Below are positions 50,136 to 59,205 of a stretch of DNA of 64,000 nt, one piece after another. The notes under the pieces are model-generated. The model searched no databases and was not told the DNA's origin. It worked only from the letters and a program-made list of their open reading frames with translations. The stretch is from Candidatus Eiseniibacteriota bacterium. Lineage in GTDB: Bacteria; Eisenbacteria; RBG-16-71-46; CAIMUX01; VGJL01. The position numbers and the translations under genes are program-made. The stretch covers positions 14,715 to 78,714 of the forward strand of contig JBHGAY010000024.1 of the NCBI GenBank assembly GCA_041946735.1, read 5' to 3'. Numbering within the stretch: position 1 is the first letter of the stretch; each line of letters begins with the position of its first letter.

Positions 50136-51080
50136 ATGTCCAGAACGATTCTGTTGGCCGTAGTCGTTCTGCTGTGCGCGGCATCCCGTGGCGCTGACGC
50201 GGGACGGAACAACAACGGCGCCCTCATCGTCCACACGAACGACGCCGCTGTCTACAGCGCGGACGACGACTATTGCGGGACGGTTTTCGACGAGCACGCG
50301 CCCGCGGACTGCGCCGCGGCGATCACGCGGACCGACAAAGGCGAGGAAGAGATCGCCGTGATCTGGTTCCTCGCCGCCTTCACGGAGCATCATCACCCGC
50401 AGATCAACGCGATTCAGTTCGGCGTCGATCACAACCTGCCGGCCGACGCCGGCCAGGTGAGCGCGTGGGGAGCGTGCGGCCCGACGCCGCAGGAAATCCC
50501 GGAGGAAGGCTGGCCCGCCGTCCCGAGCGGCAACATCGTCGGCTTCGGCGAGCCCATCACCGACCGGCTCTTCCCGTTCTACTGGTTCGCCGTGCGCGGC
50601 GCCGGGGCGGGGAGCCATTTCGGCACCGGGGCCGATCCGGTCAGGGGGAAGGCGGTCTTCGCGGACGATTCGCGCCCGCCGGTCGAAGACGATGTCACGA
50701 GGTTCGGCCGCGTCGACTGGTTCGGCCCGGGCTCCAACGCCTGCCCCGAGCCTCCGCTCCTGGGCGGCTGCTGCTTCCAGAGCGACGCGCGCTGCGAGAT
50801 CGTCGACTACTCCTTCTGCGCCGATTCGGCGGGCGTCTATCTGGGCGACGGAAGCGGCTGCGACCAGTGCAGCCGATGCTGCTACGCGGAGGGGGAGTTT
50901 CTGCATCGCTGCATCCTGACGACCGAGACGGAATGCTTCTCGCGCAGCCAGGACGGGTACACAGCCGTCTGGCGAGAGGATTGCCAGATCTGCGACTCGT
51001 GGCCTTGCGAAGCCTTCTACGATTGTGCGGTCCCGGCGCGCTCCCGGACGTGGGGCGAGGTGAAAGCGCTGTTCCGCTGA
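50136..51080 (+). CDS. secreted Cys-rich protein with terminal TWGxxKxxFR motif
   Basis: GAGGAG RBS, signal peptide, GGCC...C...C...YLGDGSGC repeats, ends SRTWGEVKALFR. Confidence 0.8.
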   Translation: MSRTILLAVVVLLCAASRGADAGRNNNGALIVHTNDAAVYSADDDYCGTVFDEHAPADCAAAITRTDKGEEEIAVIWFLAAFTEHHHPQINAIQFGVDHNLPADAGQVSAWGACGPTPQEIPEEGWPAVPSGNIVGFGEPITDRLFPFYWFAVRGAGAGSHFGTGADPVRGKAVFADDSRPPVEDDVTRFGRVDWFGPGSNACPEPPLLGGCCFQSDARCEIVDYSFCADSAGVYLGDGSGCDQCSRCCYAEGEFLHRCILTTETECFSRSQDGYTAVWREDCQICDSWPCEAFYDCAVPARSRTWGEVKALFR

Positions 51081-51209
51081 CGTCACCCCCGCGCGCACGC
51101 CACGGCGGGCGGGACCGAGGTGAGAGCCGCCAAGCCCGGAAGAGCTTCGCGCGGCCAAGCGTTTCACTTCGCTCCTTTGTTTGAGCGGCTTTGGCAGAAT
51201 CAACCGTGC

Positions 51210-51247
51210 TTGACGCGGTCGCTACTGTGCTTTACTATATACACAGT
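51210..51247 (+). promoter_or_regulatory. sigma70 promoter with overlapping YtrA-type operator
   Basis: TTGACG-17 bp-TACTAT; inverted repeat ACTGTG-N12-CACAGT (51224-51247) spans the -10. Confidence 0.78.
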
Positions 51248-51334
51248 GGCGGCAGAGCGTAAGCCGTGCCTGGGCGTCGCGTCCCCGACCTAGGCGTTTC
51301 TCGACCGGCCAGCGATCTGCCCGCGGAGGGTGAC

Positions 51335-51745
51335 GTGCCGCTGACGCTGACGGTGAAACTGAGCCAGGCTTCCGGGGTCCCGTACTACCGGCAGATCGTG
51401 GATCAGATCGGTCAGATGATCCGCTCCGGCCAGCTCCCCCCGCGAACACAACTCCCCTCCGTGCGAGAGCTTGCCGCGCAGCTTCTCGTCTCCCTCATCA
51501 CCGTCCGCCGAGCCTATGAGGACCTCGAGGCGGCAAAGCTGATCGTCCTGCGTCAGGGGCAGGGGAGCTTCGTCACGGATACGGTGGCGAAGGGAACGAA
51601 GCGGCAGGCGATCGCGGAAGCGCGAGCCGTTCTCGCGGAGGCGGTCGAGCACTGCAGTCGCCTGGGGCTTGACGGGGCCGCCATCCGGGCGACGTTCGAC
51701 GAAGCGATGCAGAAGGAGGAGGAGAGCCGCAATGCTGCCGACTGA
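51335..51745 (+). CDS. GntR family regulator, YtrA subfamily
   Basis: PYYRQI, LPSVRELA, TVRRAYEDLE, GQGSFV; short C-terminus; followed by ABC genes. Confidence 0.92.
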   Translation: MPLTLTVKLSQASGVPYYRQIVDQIGQMIRSGQLPPRTQLPSVRELAAQLLVSLITVRRAYEDLEAAKLIVLRQGQGSFVTDTVAKGTKRQAIAEARAVLAEAVEHCSRLGLDGAAIRATFDEAMQKEEESRNAAD

Positions 51746-52499
51746 GAGCCACGGAGACTCTTGGAGCGAGGGGGATGGGCACGATGTCGAGCCGGGAGGA
51801 ACGCTCATCGCGGTCGACGATCTCCGGGTGCGACGCGGGCGCTTCGAGCTGTCGATCCCGCGCTGGTCGCTGGAGCCTGGGATCGTCGTCGGCCTCGTCG
51901 GGCCCAACGGGGCCGGAAAGACGACGCTGTTGGAGACGATCGCGGGATTGCGGCCTGCGACTCACGGCCGTGTCTCGGTCTTCGGCCACGATCCTTGGCG
52001 CGATCCGGTCCTCGTTCGCTCCGCCCTCGGTTTCATGAGCGACGACCTTCCTGTCTTCGACATGCGCGTCCGATCGCTCGTGCAGATGGTCTCCGCCTAC
52101 TACAGTAGCTGGGACGTGGGCCTCGCTGAGTCCCTCATCGACCGCTTCCACCTCGACCCGAAGGCGCGGGCCGGAGCTCTCTCGAAGGGACAGGGGACGC
52201 GGCTCCGTCTCGTCCTCGCCATGGCGTTCCGCCCCCGAGTGCTGCTGCTCGACGAACCTTCCTCCGGGCTCGATCTCGACGGCCGGCGCGGGCTGCTCGA
52301 GAGCGTGCTCGACGTCGTGCGCGATCCGAAGAGGAGCGTCGTGATCAGCTCCCACATGCTGCTCGACGTGCAACGGGTTTCCGACCGCCTGGTCGTGCTT
52401 CAAGCGGGGAAGATCCTGCGGGATGGTCCGACCGACCAGCTAGTCGGCGAGGGGCGGACGCTGGAAGAGGCGATCGTCGCCTGGGGGGCGGCAAGATGA
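51732..52499 (+). CDS. ABC transporter ATP-binding protein
   Basis: GPNGAGKTT, LSKGQ, LDEPSSGLD, SSH. Confidence 0.93.
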   Translation: MLPTESHGDSWSEGDGHDVEPGGTLIAVDDLRVRRGRFELSIPRWSLEPGIVVGLVGPNGAGKTTLLETIAGLRPATHGRVSVFGHDPWRDPVLVRSALGFMSDDLPVFDMRVRSLVQMVSAYYSSWDVGLAESLIDRFHLDPKARAGALSKGQGTRLRLVLAMAFRPRVLLLDEPSSGLDLDGRRGLLESVLDVVRDPKRSVVISSHMLLDVQRVSDRLVVLQAGKILRDGPTDQLVGEGRTLEEAIVAWGAAR

Positions 52500-53926
52500 G
52501 AGCGATGCTCCTTCACATGCGAATCCGGTTCTCGTGGATTCTCCGAGCGCCGCTGCCGGCGGCTGGTGTGATCGTCCTCGGACTTCTTGCGTGGGTGGCG
52601 TGGCCGGCGGCGCTCCGGCCCGACGGCTGGTTCTCGGATGCTCGCGGGCCGCGACCGCACTCCTGGAACTCCTTCGTCCAGATCCAGATGATCCTCATCG
52701 TGGGATACGCCTCGCGCTTGGTCGGTGGTCGGGCGACGGGCCGGAGCATCGTCGCCTGGAGAACCGTGCAACCCCTGCCCACACTTCCGATCGGAATCCA
52801 CGGGCGGATGATCGCCGAGGCCCTGCTCGCTCTCGTGTTGCTCCTCGTCCTCCGTCTCGCCGGACTCGCGATTGCCGGTTCGGGGGTTGGACACTTTCTG
52901 CTTCGTCATGCGGTCAGGCCGGATGGCGGTCTCGCAGCAATCTATCTCGGGATGACCGGGGTCGGGGCATGGCTCCTCTTCCCGATGCTGCTCGCCTGGG
53001 CCGTTCCCGCTGTGCAACCGGAGAGGGCGCTTGCCACTTCCGTGGCGGTCATGGCGGGGACTTTCGTCTTGATGAAACTGAACGCGCTTGCGACGCCTGC
53101 CGGATGCATCGCGTCGGGCGCCCTGCTTTCGGCGGCGGTCCTCGTTTCCACGGGCAGGAAGTTGCCGTTCCGCTTGCCGAAGTGGCCCGCCCTACTGCCG
53201 AGGGACAGGCGAACGGATTCCCGATCGACGATGATGGCCGTCCCGGCGAAATCGCGCGCCCCCCGCGCGCAGTGGAGGCACGACATCTTCCTGCGTCCCT
53301 TCCGCCTGGCCTGGATCGGGCTTCCGTTTCTCGCCCTCGGGCTCGTTCTCGATCGCACGGTCCTTTCCGGCTGGCGACTGGGAGGCGAAGAAGGGTTCAG
53401 CCCATTCGCGCTGGCCGGTGGCGGTGCTGTGATGCTCTTCGGCACGTTCCTGCTACGCGCCCCGCTCGCGATATGGGCTCCGATGCCTTCCGGCGCTCTT
53501 CTCCGTGCGGCGTCGGTCCTGCCGCTGGAACGGCGCGGGATCGTTCGGAGCCTCTACGCCTGGTTCTTCGCTGCCGGCATGCTGACCTGGCTGTTCCTCG
53601 TGGCGCTGATCCTGCTGTCCTCCTGGATGCACGGGGGACGCTCCTCGCTCGGAGCGATCGACGGGGAATCGGCCGCGCCGACTTTGCTCGGCCTGCTCGC
53701 GCTCGTCCCGGCCGCTGCCGCAGGCTCTCTGGCTCAGGCGGTCGGCGCCCGCACCGCGACCGCGATCGCCGGCGGACTCATGATCCTCGGCCTCGCAGCC
53801 ATGATGGTCCTGTCGAGCGCGAGCGTCGCACCGGAGATCCTCGGCGCGGTCATGGCCGGCCTGGCACTGGCGGGCCTCGTCCTGGCGGTTCCCGTGCTGC
53901 GTCGTTCGCGAATGCCCCGTGACTGA
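52496..53926 (+). CDS. polytopic membrane protein (probable ABC permease)
   Basis: About 12 hydrophobic segments; ATGA overlap with the ATPase gene. Confidence 0.75.
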   Translation: MRAMLLHMRIRFSWILRAPLPAAGVIVLGLLAWVAWPAALRPDGWFSDARGPRPHSWNSFVQIQMILIVGYASRLVGGRATGRSIVAWRTVQPLPTLPIGIHGRMIAEALLALVLLLVLRLAGLAIAGSGVGHFLLRHAVRPDGGLAAIYLGMTGVGAWLLFPMLLAWAVPAVQPERALATSVAVMAGTFVLMKLNALATPAGCIASGALLSAAVLVSTGRKLPFRLPKWPALLPRDRRTDSRSTMMAVPAKSRAPRAQWRHDIFLRPFRLAWIGLPFLALGLVLDRTVLSGWRLGGEEGFSPFALAGGGAVMLFGTFLLRAPLAIWAPMPSGALLRAASVLPLERRGIVRSLYAWFFAAGMLTWLFLVALILLSSWMHGGRSSLGAIDGESAAPTLLGLLALVPAAAAGSLAQAVGARTATAIAGGLMILGLAAMMVLSSASVAPEILGAVMAGLALAGLVLAVPVLRRSRMPRD

Positions 53927-54085
53927 AGCGGTGAACGTGGGAAGTTGATCGCGGAGCGGGAAGGATTGCTGCATCCTTGGACGAGCCGTGTCGGGGCGTG
54001 TGACGGCAAGAATCAGGCTGGGATCAGCTCCGCTCCTGCGTTTGAATCTCACGCAACCGTCCACCGAGCGGAGACAGCTCCGTCG

Positions 54086-54178
54086 TCAATCCTGATCAAG
54101 ACCAGCGATGACTCGTTCGATCCGCCCGATCCTCTCCAACATGTCGGCGATCAGGAGATGCGCGGACCTACGCGACAT
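54086..54178 (-). pseudogene. truncated HepT/DUF86 (HEPN) ribonuclease fragment
   Basis: MSRRSAHLLIADMLERIGRIERVIAGLDQD-stop resembles the DUF86 N-terminus; overlaps the MNT stop; no RxxxxH part seen. Confidence 0.65.
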
Positions 54179-54461
54179 CGAGCAGTTCCTCCTGGATTTC
54201 CGATAGGTGGCGCTCCGGAATCGCCCGAAGCGAGACAACGTCCGCTCGCACGCCCAGCAGCGCTTCGATTCGGTCGGCGAGGTCCACGAACCGAAGACCG
54301 ATGGCAGGGTCCACGTCGACCAGAACGTCGACGTCGCTGCTTTCTGTCTGTTCCCCTCGGGCGTAGGAGCCAAACAGCGCAATTCTACGGATGGGAAAGC
54401 CCCGCTTCAGCTCAGGCAGGGCGGTACCGAGGATCGCCAGTATCTCACCGGTGGATTTCAC
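54168..54461 (-). CDS. minimal nucleotidyltransferase (MntA-like antitoxin)
   Basis: IALFGSYARGEQTESSDVDVLV (GS-x10-DxD), 97 aa. Confidence 0.9.
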   Translation of the reverse strand: MKSTGEILAILGTALPELKRGFPIRRIALFGSYARGEQTESSDVDVLVDVDPAIGLRFVDLADRIEALLGVRADVVSLRAIPERHLSEIQEELLDVA

Positions 54462-54600
54462 GATGGAGCCTCCCTGCCTTGACAACGACTGTCCGCCGAC
54501 GTGGAGCCGAGGGAGCGGACGACCCTGCTTAGGTGAGAGGCGATCGCCGCAGGCGTCCGGTGCTGCGGCCATCGCCCCCACCCCAGCGGGAAGCTGAGCG

Positions 54601-56061
54601 TCAAGTCGAGCAAGGCTGAAAGAGTCCCAAACCGTAATGGGAGCCATAGCCGAGCGTGAGGGGCCCGGCCACCGCATCGGGGAACTCGAGCACGAAACCA
54701 AACCCCATGGCGACGGGCGGCCCCTCCACCTTGGTACGCCAACGGCGGAATTCGAGCCAGCGCGTCTTGTGTCCACGTTCCTCGAGCCAGGGCAGCGGCT
54801 CGATGCTCCGAGGATCCGGCAAAGCGCGCCGTCGCAGTTCGAGGAGGAGCTGGTCCGCCGGGCTCTCCTTTCCATTCCGCTTCGGGTGACGGGGAAGGAC
54901 GAATGGCGTAACGGACCTCCAGTGCCTCGCGGGTCCGGTCAGCTCCCCTTGATCCACCCCTTGGTCACCCAGCCCCGCAAGGACCACCCGAATGGGATAC
55001 GCCCAATCGCTCCTTTTCAGGACGCTCAGGCTTTGCAGCGCTTCGACCTCGCCTGGGCCGAAGCCGGCGGGCGCATAGATCAGCAGGGCATCGAGCCGTC
55101 CGTCGCCGTCTTGATCGTGCGGAAGATAGTGCGCATGATCGTGGCTCTTGAACGGCGTCCCATCGTCCTGCTTGCCGGAAAACACCGCCGACGATCGCCC
55201 GTCCTCAGTCCGCCCGAAGATCGCCTGCAGGGAAGCTCGCGCGAGCTCTGCAACGAGGACGGAGTCGACCACCCGCGGCAGGACACTTCCGGTAAGCGCA
55301 TACTTCGCCATGCATGGGCGCACGCGAACTGCAATAGAGCCGGTGCTCCTTGCCCGCTGCGCTTCCACCGTCCTGCAGGCGTATGTGATCCAAGCGGCAC
55401 CGGGCGGACAGCGCGGATCCATCTTCTTCCTCCGCAGCTCTCCGATATCGGCATGCAACGGGTGCTGCCAATCGAGCAGGGACCGCTCGGGCTGGAACTG
55501 CTTCGCGCAAAGCACCCGCACCGGCTCTGCGTCCTCCGGAAGGATCTCGCCTTCTCCGAGGGGCCATGCCGTCCATTCGAGCCCGTCCGAACATTCCGAT
55601 TCGTCGAGGAGGCTTGCCTCGCACCATGATTCGGCGCGTCCCAGATAGGTGAGGTTCGACAGCAATCGGCGGAGACGGTCCTTCTCGGCTGCCGAGAGCT
55701 GGACGTCGGGCCAACCCACGCGCACAGTCTCGTGCGGTTCGAACGCCAAGAACCCGTCGAACACGATCGTCCGATCCTCGGGTCCCTTCTTCATCCACGG
55801 CATGAAATGCCGCGTGTGGCCCTGAGTGTACGGCGGTAGCAAAAAGCACGGCGGATCGGCCAGCCGCGTCAAGACGGCACGCATCGCGGGCTCGTCCTGC
55901 GCGATGTCCGAACGGCAGGAAACACCGAGCCAGACCGACGTGAGAGCGCGGAGCAGGCGCCATGGCGACGGCGGCCACTCGAGAGCCATCTCGTTGACGT
56001 GAGTTCCCCAAGGAGTCGCGTGGTAGCGACCGGCCGGGAATCTCAGCTCGATCGCGATCAC
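54601..56061 (-). CDS. csb2: type I-G CRISPR protein Csb2 (Cas5/Cas6 fusion)
   Basis: GRYHATPWG, EWPPSPWRLLRAL, YLGRAESW, H.HAHYLP, GPLTLGYGSHYGLGLF. Confidence 0.92.
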   Translation of the reverse strand: MIAIELRFPAGRYHATPWGTHVNEMALEWPPSPWRLLRALTSVWLGVSCRSDIAQDEPAMRAVLTRLADPPCFLLPPYTQGHTRHFMPWMKKGPEDRTIVFDGFLAFEPHETVRVGWPDVQLSAAEKDRLRRLLSNLTYLGRAESWCEASLLDESECSDGLEWTAWPLGEGEILPEDAEPVRVLCAKQFQPERSLLDWQHPLHADIGELRRKKMDPRCPPGAAWITYACRTVEAQRARSTGSIAVRVRPCMAKYALTGSVLPRVVDSVLVAELARASLQAIFGRTEDGRSSAVFSGKQDDGTPFKSHDHAHYLPHDQDGDGRLDALLIYAPAGFGPGEVEALQSLSVLKRSDWAYPIRVVLAGLGDQGVDQGELTGPARHWRSVTPFVLPRHPKRNGKESPADQLLLELRRRALPDPRSIEPLPWLEERGHKTRWLEFRRWRTKVEGPPVAMGFGFVLEFPDAVAGPLTLGYGSHYGLGLFQPCST

Positions 56062-57059
56062 GACTCGTCCCCTTCGTCGTTCTCTTCCTTGCCCCGGTCC
56101 TTCTCCTTCTTCGCCTTCCCGGGCTTCCAGACGACCTTCGAGACCGGCGGCTTGGCGAACAGATCGGCACACTCCTTCATGCTGGAGGCGAGCGCTTTGC
56201 TGATCTCCGTCATCTCGGGGATCCGGTATCCCTCAGGGCGGGTGACTCGCCAGTCGAAACACTCGAGGTCGCAGGCGGTGCGGAAGCGCATCGGCTGACT
56301 CAGGAAGCGAAGGATCTTCCACATTCCGATGGTCATAAGGAAGCTCTCCGCCGCCTCGGGAAGACCGTAGGAACGCAGCGTGGCGAGATCGAGGCTGAAG
56401 TAGGCGCGGATCTCTTCGGCTACGAATTCGGTGCGATGGAATGGGACGTTGCCGAAGCCTTCCTTCGTGGAGCCGGACGGATTGACGCGGTCGTTCTTGA
56501 CTCCCCCGCTTTCCACCATCTTTACGCCGCGAGCCTCGACGAATCCCGAGAGAATGCGAGCCAGTCGGAATCGTCCGCCCGCCAGCTCCCTCTTGGCGAG
56601 GAAGACTCCGTGGAGGATCGCGTTGGGATCGATCTCGAACACCGTGCGCGCCAGCAGACGCCGGTCGGTCGCCCTCTCGTTGGCGGCGTTCAGGGCTTCG
56701 GCGAGCCGGTTGAAGAACGTCCGATCCGCGCTTTCGAGAATGTAAGGAGAGTTCAGGCGGTGCGCCTCGAGAACCGAGGTCGTCACTACCTCCCCCTTCT
56801 CATCGACCACCTGTACGTAGGGCATACCCCTGAGCTCCGGAACCAGGTCGTTGCGCTCTTCTTCCCAACAGACCGCCTCGAGGCGGTTTGCGGTCGATTG
56901 AGCAGATTCGACGAGCAGCATCTCGGTCCCGTCCGGCAGCGAGTAGGTCGCGGGTCCGAGATCCGGGAATCCCGTCGACTGGAACCGTTCACCCTGGACA
57001 GGCCGGAGCCGAGCTTCGACTAGGAGCCGCGAAGCGTCCTTCAGGCCATCACGATTCAT
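56058..57059 (-). CDS. cas7: type I-G CRISPR backbone protein Cas7 (Csb1)
   Basis: RFQSTGFPDLG, LLVESAQS.ANRLE, EAHRLNSPY, SGGVKND, GFGNVP, FRTACDL. Confidence 0.92.
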   Translation of the reverse strand: MNRDGLKDASRLLVEARLRPVQGERFQSTGFPDLGPATYSLPDGTEMLLVESAQSTANRLEAVCWEEERNDLVPELRGMPYVQVVDEKGEVVTTSVLEAHRLNSPYILESADRTFFNRLAEALNAANERATDRRLLARTVFEIDPNAILHGVFLAKRELAGGRFRLARILSGFVEARGVKMVESGGVKNDRVNPSGSTKEGFGNVPFHRTEFVAEEIRAYFSLDLATLRSYGLPEAAESFLMTIGMWKILRFLSQPMRFRTACDLECFDWRVTRPEGYRIPEMTEISKALASSMKECADLFAKPPVSKVVWKPGKAKKEKDRGKEENDEGDES

Positions 57060-59205
57060 GGATCATCTCCCTTTGCGGGTTTGGGGGTTCGAGGATCAGG
57101 TCGGCCAATCGTCGGCCTTCACCGATCGGGATCATCAACGCGCCGGATACGCGTGTCCGCTCGCGAGCACTCAATGACAACCGTGTGACCGAGACATCGT
57201 CGAGCAGCGGCGGCAGGCCGGAGGCTCTCAGTACCCGTACGGCGGAGACCAGAGCGCTCGACAGCCTTCCGGACCGCAACTGAGCCCTCATAGCCGGCGT
57301 GATTCTCGGCCGCACCGCGTCGGTCATCGCTTGCCCGGCGAGCGCCCAGCCGCCGCTGTCCGATGGCACGAGGACGTTGTCGAGCGCGAGCATCTTCAGG
57401 AGAGCGTAGGCACGTAGGGTTTCAACGACCGAGCCACGCGGGCGGGTCGGCGGAACATGCACCCAGTCGACACAGAGGAAAGCCGACAGAAAGTCTTCGA
57501 TCCTCGCGTCATCGGTACGCCCCTGGACGAACGCGGAAACATCGGTGACCATCGCGCGATGCCTGCCCGCTTCATACGGATCGATTCCTTCGAGGTCCAG
57601 TCGATCAGCGAGCGTCGCGAGTCGCTCCGGCAAGGACCGCCCAATGTTCGATCCAATCGATCGGTCTGTGGCCCACTCGTAGCGGCCCTTGCGCGGGTCG
57701 AGCGACACCGGCTCGAGCAAACACCGAATGCGAGGATCGAGGGAGAATCGGGAAGCGAGTGCTTTCGCGATCCGGAACTCGCAGGATCCATCATCCGACG
57801 CCGCCACCCAGGGCGCTGAGAGCCTCTGTAGCGGCGGCACTTCCGCTCCCACGATCTTCCTCTCGCACCGGCCCAGTTCGCAGACGACTGAGCTGAAAGG
57901 CCTCGAGCGCGGCGCGAGACCGTATTCGTAGAGCGACCGTTTCAATTGCAGGAGCGCCGTGAGAAACCGCTGGGGCGCACTTTTCGAGGCCGTGAACCTC
58001 TCGAGCGCATCAATCCACGGATCGATCTCTTCGAGGAGACCCAGGTGCGGAGTCAGTTCACGGGAAGTGACAACCCGCTCCAGCGGCGTCGCGACGAAAG
58101 TCGCTCCTCCTATCCTCTTCAGAAACGCGAAACGCTGGAATGCGTCGATACCTCGGTCCACTCCTAGGGATCGAATCGCTCTCACGAAATCGATCCCGTT
58201 CTTCGCACGCCGGCGCCCGACCTGCGCGCGGCCTTCCGCGAACAGCTTCCGCACCTCTCGAAGAGTCGCCGGACGGGACCAGAGGGGCAGCCAGATCTCC
58301 GCTCGAGCCTGGTCCGTCGTCTCCTCCACGCGACCCATTCCTCCGTTGCCGCAGCCGCTTGGCTCGACCGCGAACGGAAACGACACCTGGATGGAGCCTT
58401 GGGTACCAAGCCTCCGAGTCGCGGAACCAGCGAGAAGCAGGACGCCCTCGAGCGCCAGGACGAAGTCCCAAGGATTGACGATCGATCCGCCTTCGAAGCC
58501 CGTCGTCGCGTTGGCCCCGCCGACGCCGGCTGGATGGAACTGTCCGACGGCGGCGCCTGACAGGGGCACCTCGCCGCCTCCCATCAGTGCGGACACGAGA
58601 AGTTCCTTCGATCCTGAACGAGCAGCTCCGGTCTTCGGATCGATGAGATCGAGGAGCCTCTGCATCCGGTTGGATGCGAAGTCGAGCTTCCCGTCGTTCC
58701 ACCCGGTACCGAGGATCGCTCCATACCGGACACGATCCTCTGTCAGCACCAAAGCAGCATCGATCGCATCAAGGGCTTCCTCGGGCAGCTCGGCGCGGCA
58801 ACGCTGCACGAGCATCAGCTTTTGATCAGCGTCCCCCGGCCCATCTTTCAGGCCCAGATCTTCGATCAGCCATCGAACCGACGCGATCGCCGTTCTGTGC
58901 GCCAGGAATCTTGGAGAGAGGGAAGCTTCGATCGTTGCCAAGGACCGCCCTGCGGCGTCGCCGGCCTTCCAGAAGCCCGATCCCATGTTCCACGGGTCCA
59001 GCACGGGGCTCGGCTGGAACTCCTCCGCCAGGAACGTCACCACCTGATCGGCTGTCAGCGACGTGACCAACATTAGGCGATCGTGGGGCCATGCCGCCCG
59101 CGCCGATGGATCCGCCTGCATGGCGATCGCGCGCAGAAGCCCGAGGCCCTTGAGATAATCGAGAAGTGGTCGCGAGCAACAGCCGTCGAATCGAATCTCA
59201 TGCAT
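57049..59205 (-). CDS. csx17: type I-G large subunit Cas8g (Csx17)
   Basis: YLKGLGLLR, PWNMGSGF, GTGWNDGKLDF, NPWDFVLALEG, EIWLPLW, F.EGRA, LGVDRGI..F.R. Confidence 0.9.
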   Translation of the reverse strand: MHEIRFDGCCSRPLLDYLKGLGLLRAIAMQADPSARAAWPHDRLMLVTSLTADQVVTFLAEEFQPSPVLDPWNMGSGFWKAGDAAGRSLATIEASLSPRFLAHRTAIASVRWLIEDLGLKDGPGDADQKLMLVQRCRAELPEEALDAIDAALVLTEDRVRYGAILGTGWNDGKLDFASNRMQRLLDLIDPKTGAARSGSKELLVSALMGGGEVPLSGAAVGQFHPAGVGGANATTGFEGGSIVNPWDFVLALEGVLLLAGSATRRLGTQGSIQVSFPFAVEPSGCGNGGMGRVEETTDQARAEIWLPLWSRPATLREVRKLFAEGRAQVGRRRAKNGIDFVRAIRSLGVDRGIDAFQRFAFLKRIGGATFVATPLERVVTSRELTPHLGLLEEIDPWIDALERFTASKSAPQRFLTALLQLKRSLYEYGLAPRSRPFSSVVCELGRCERKIVGAEVPPLQRLSAPWVAASDDGSCEFRIAKALASRFSLDPRIRCLLEPVSLDPRKGRYEWATDRSIGSNIGRSLPERLATLADRLDLEGIDPYEAGRHRAMVTDVSAFVQGRTDDARIEDFLSAFLCVDWVHVPPTRPRGSVVETLRAYALLKMLALDNVLVPSDSGGWALAGQAMTDAVRPRITPAMRAQLRSGRLSSALVSAVRVLRASGLPPLLDDVSVTRLSLSARERTRVSGALMIPIGEGRRLADLILEPPNPQREMIHES

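Noticed and set aside
48321..51203. 960-aa dehydrogenase fusion
   Set aside because: The N-terminal ~420 aa are antisense to the 50136..51080 gene; GapN starts at 49928
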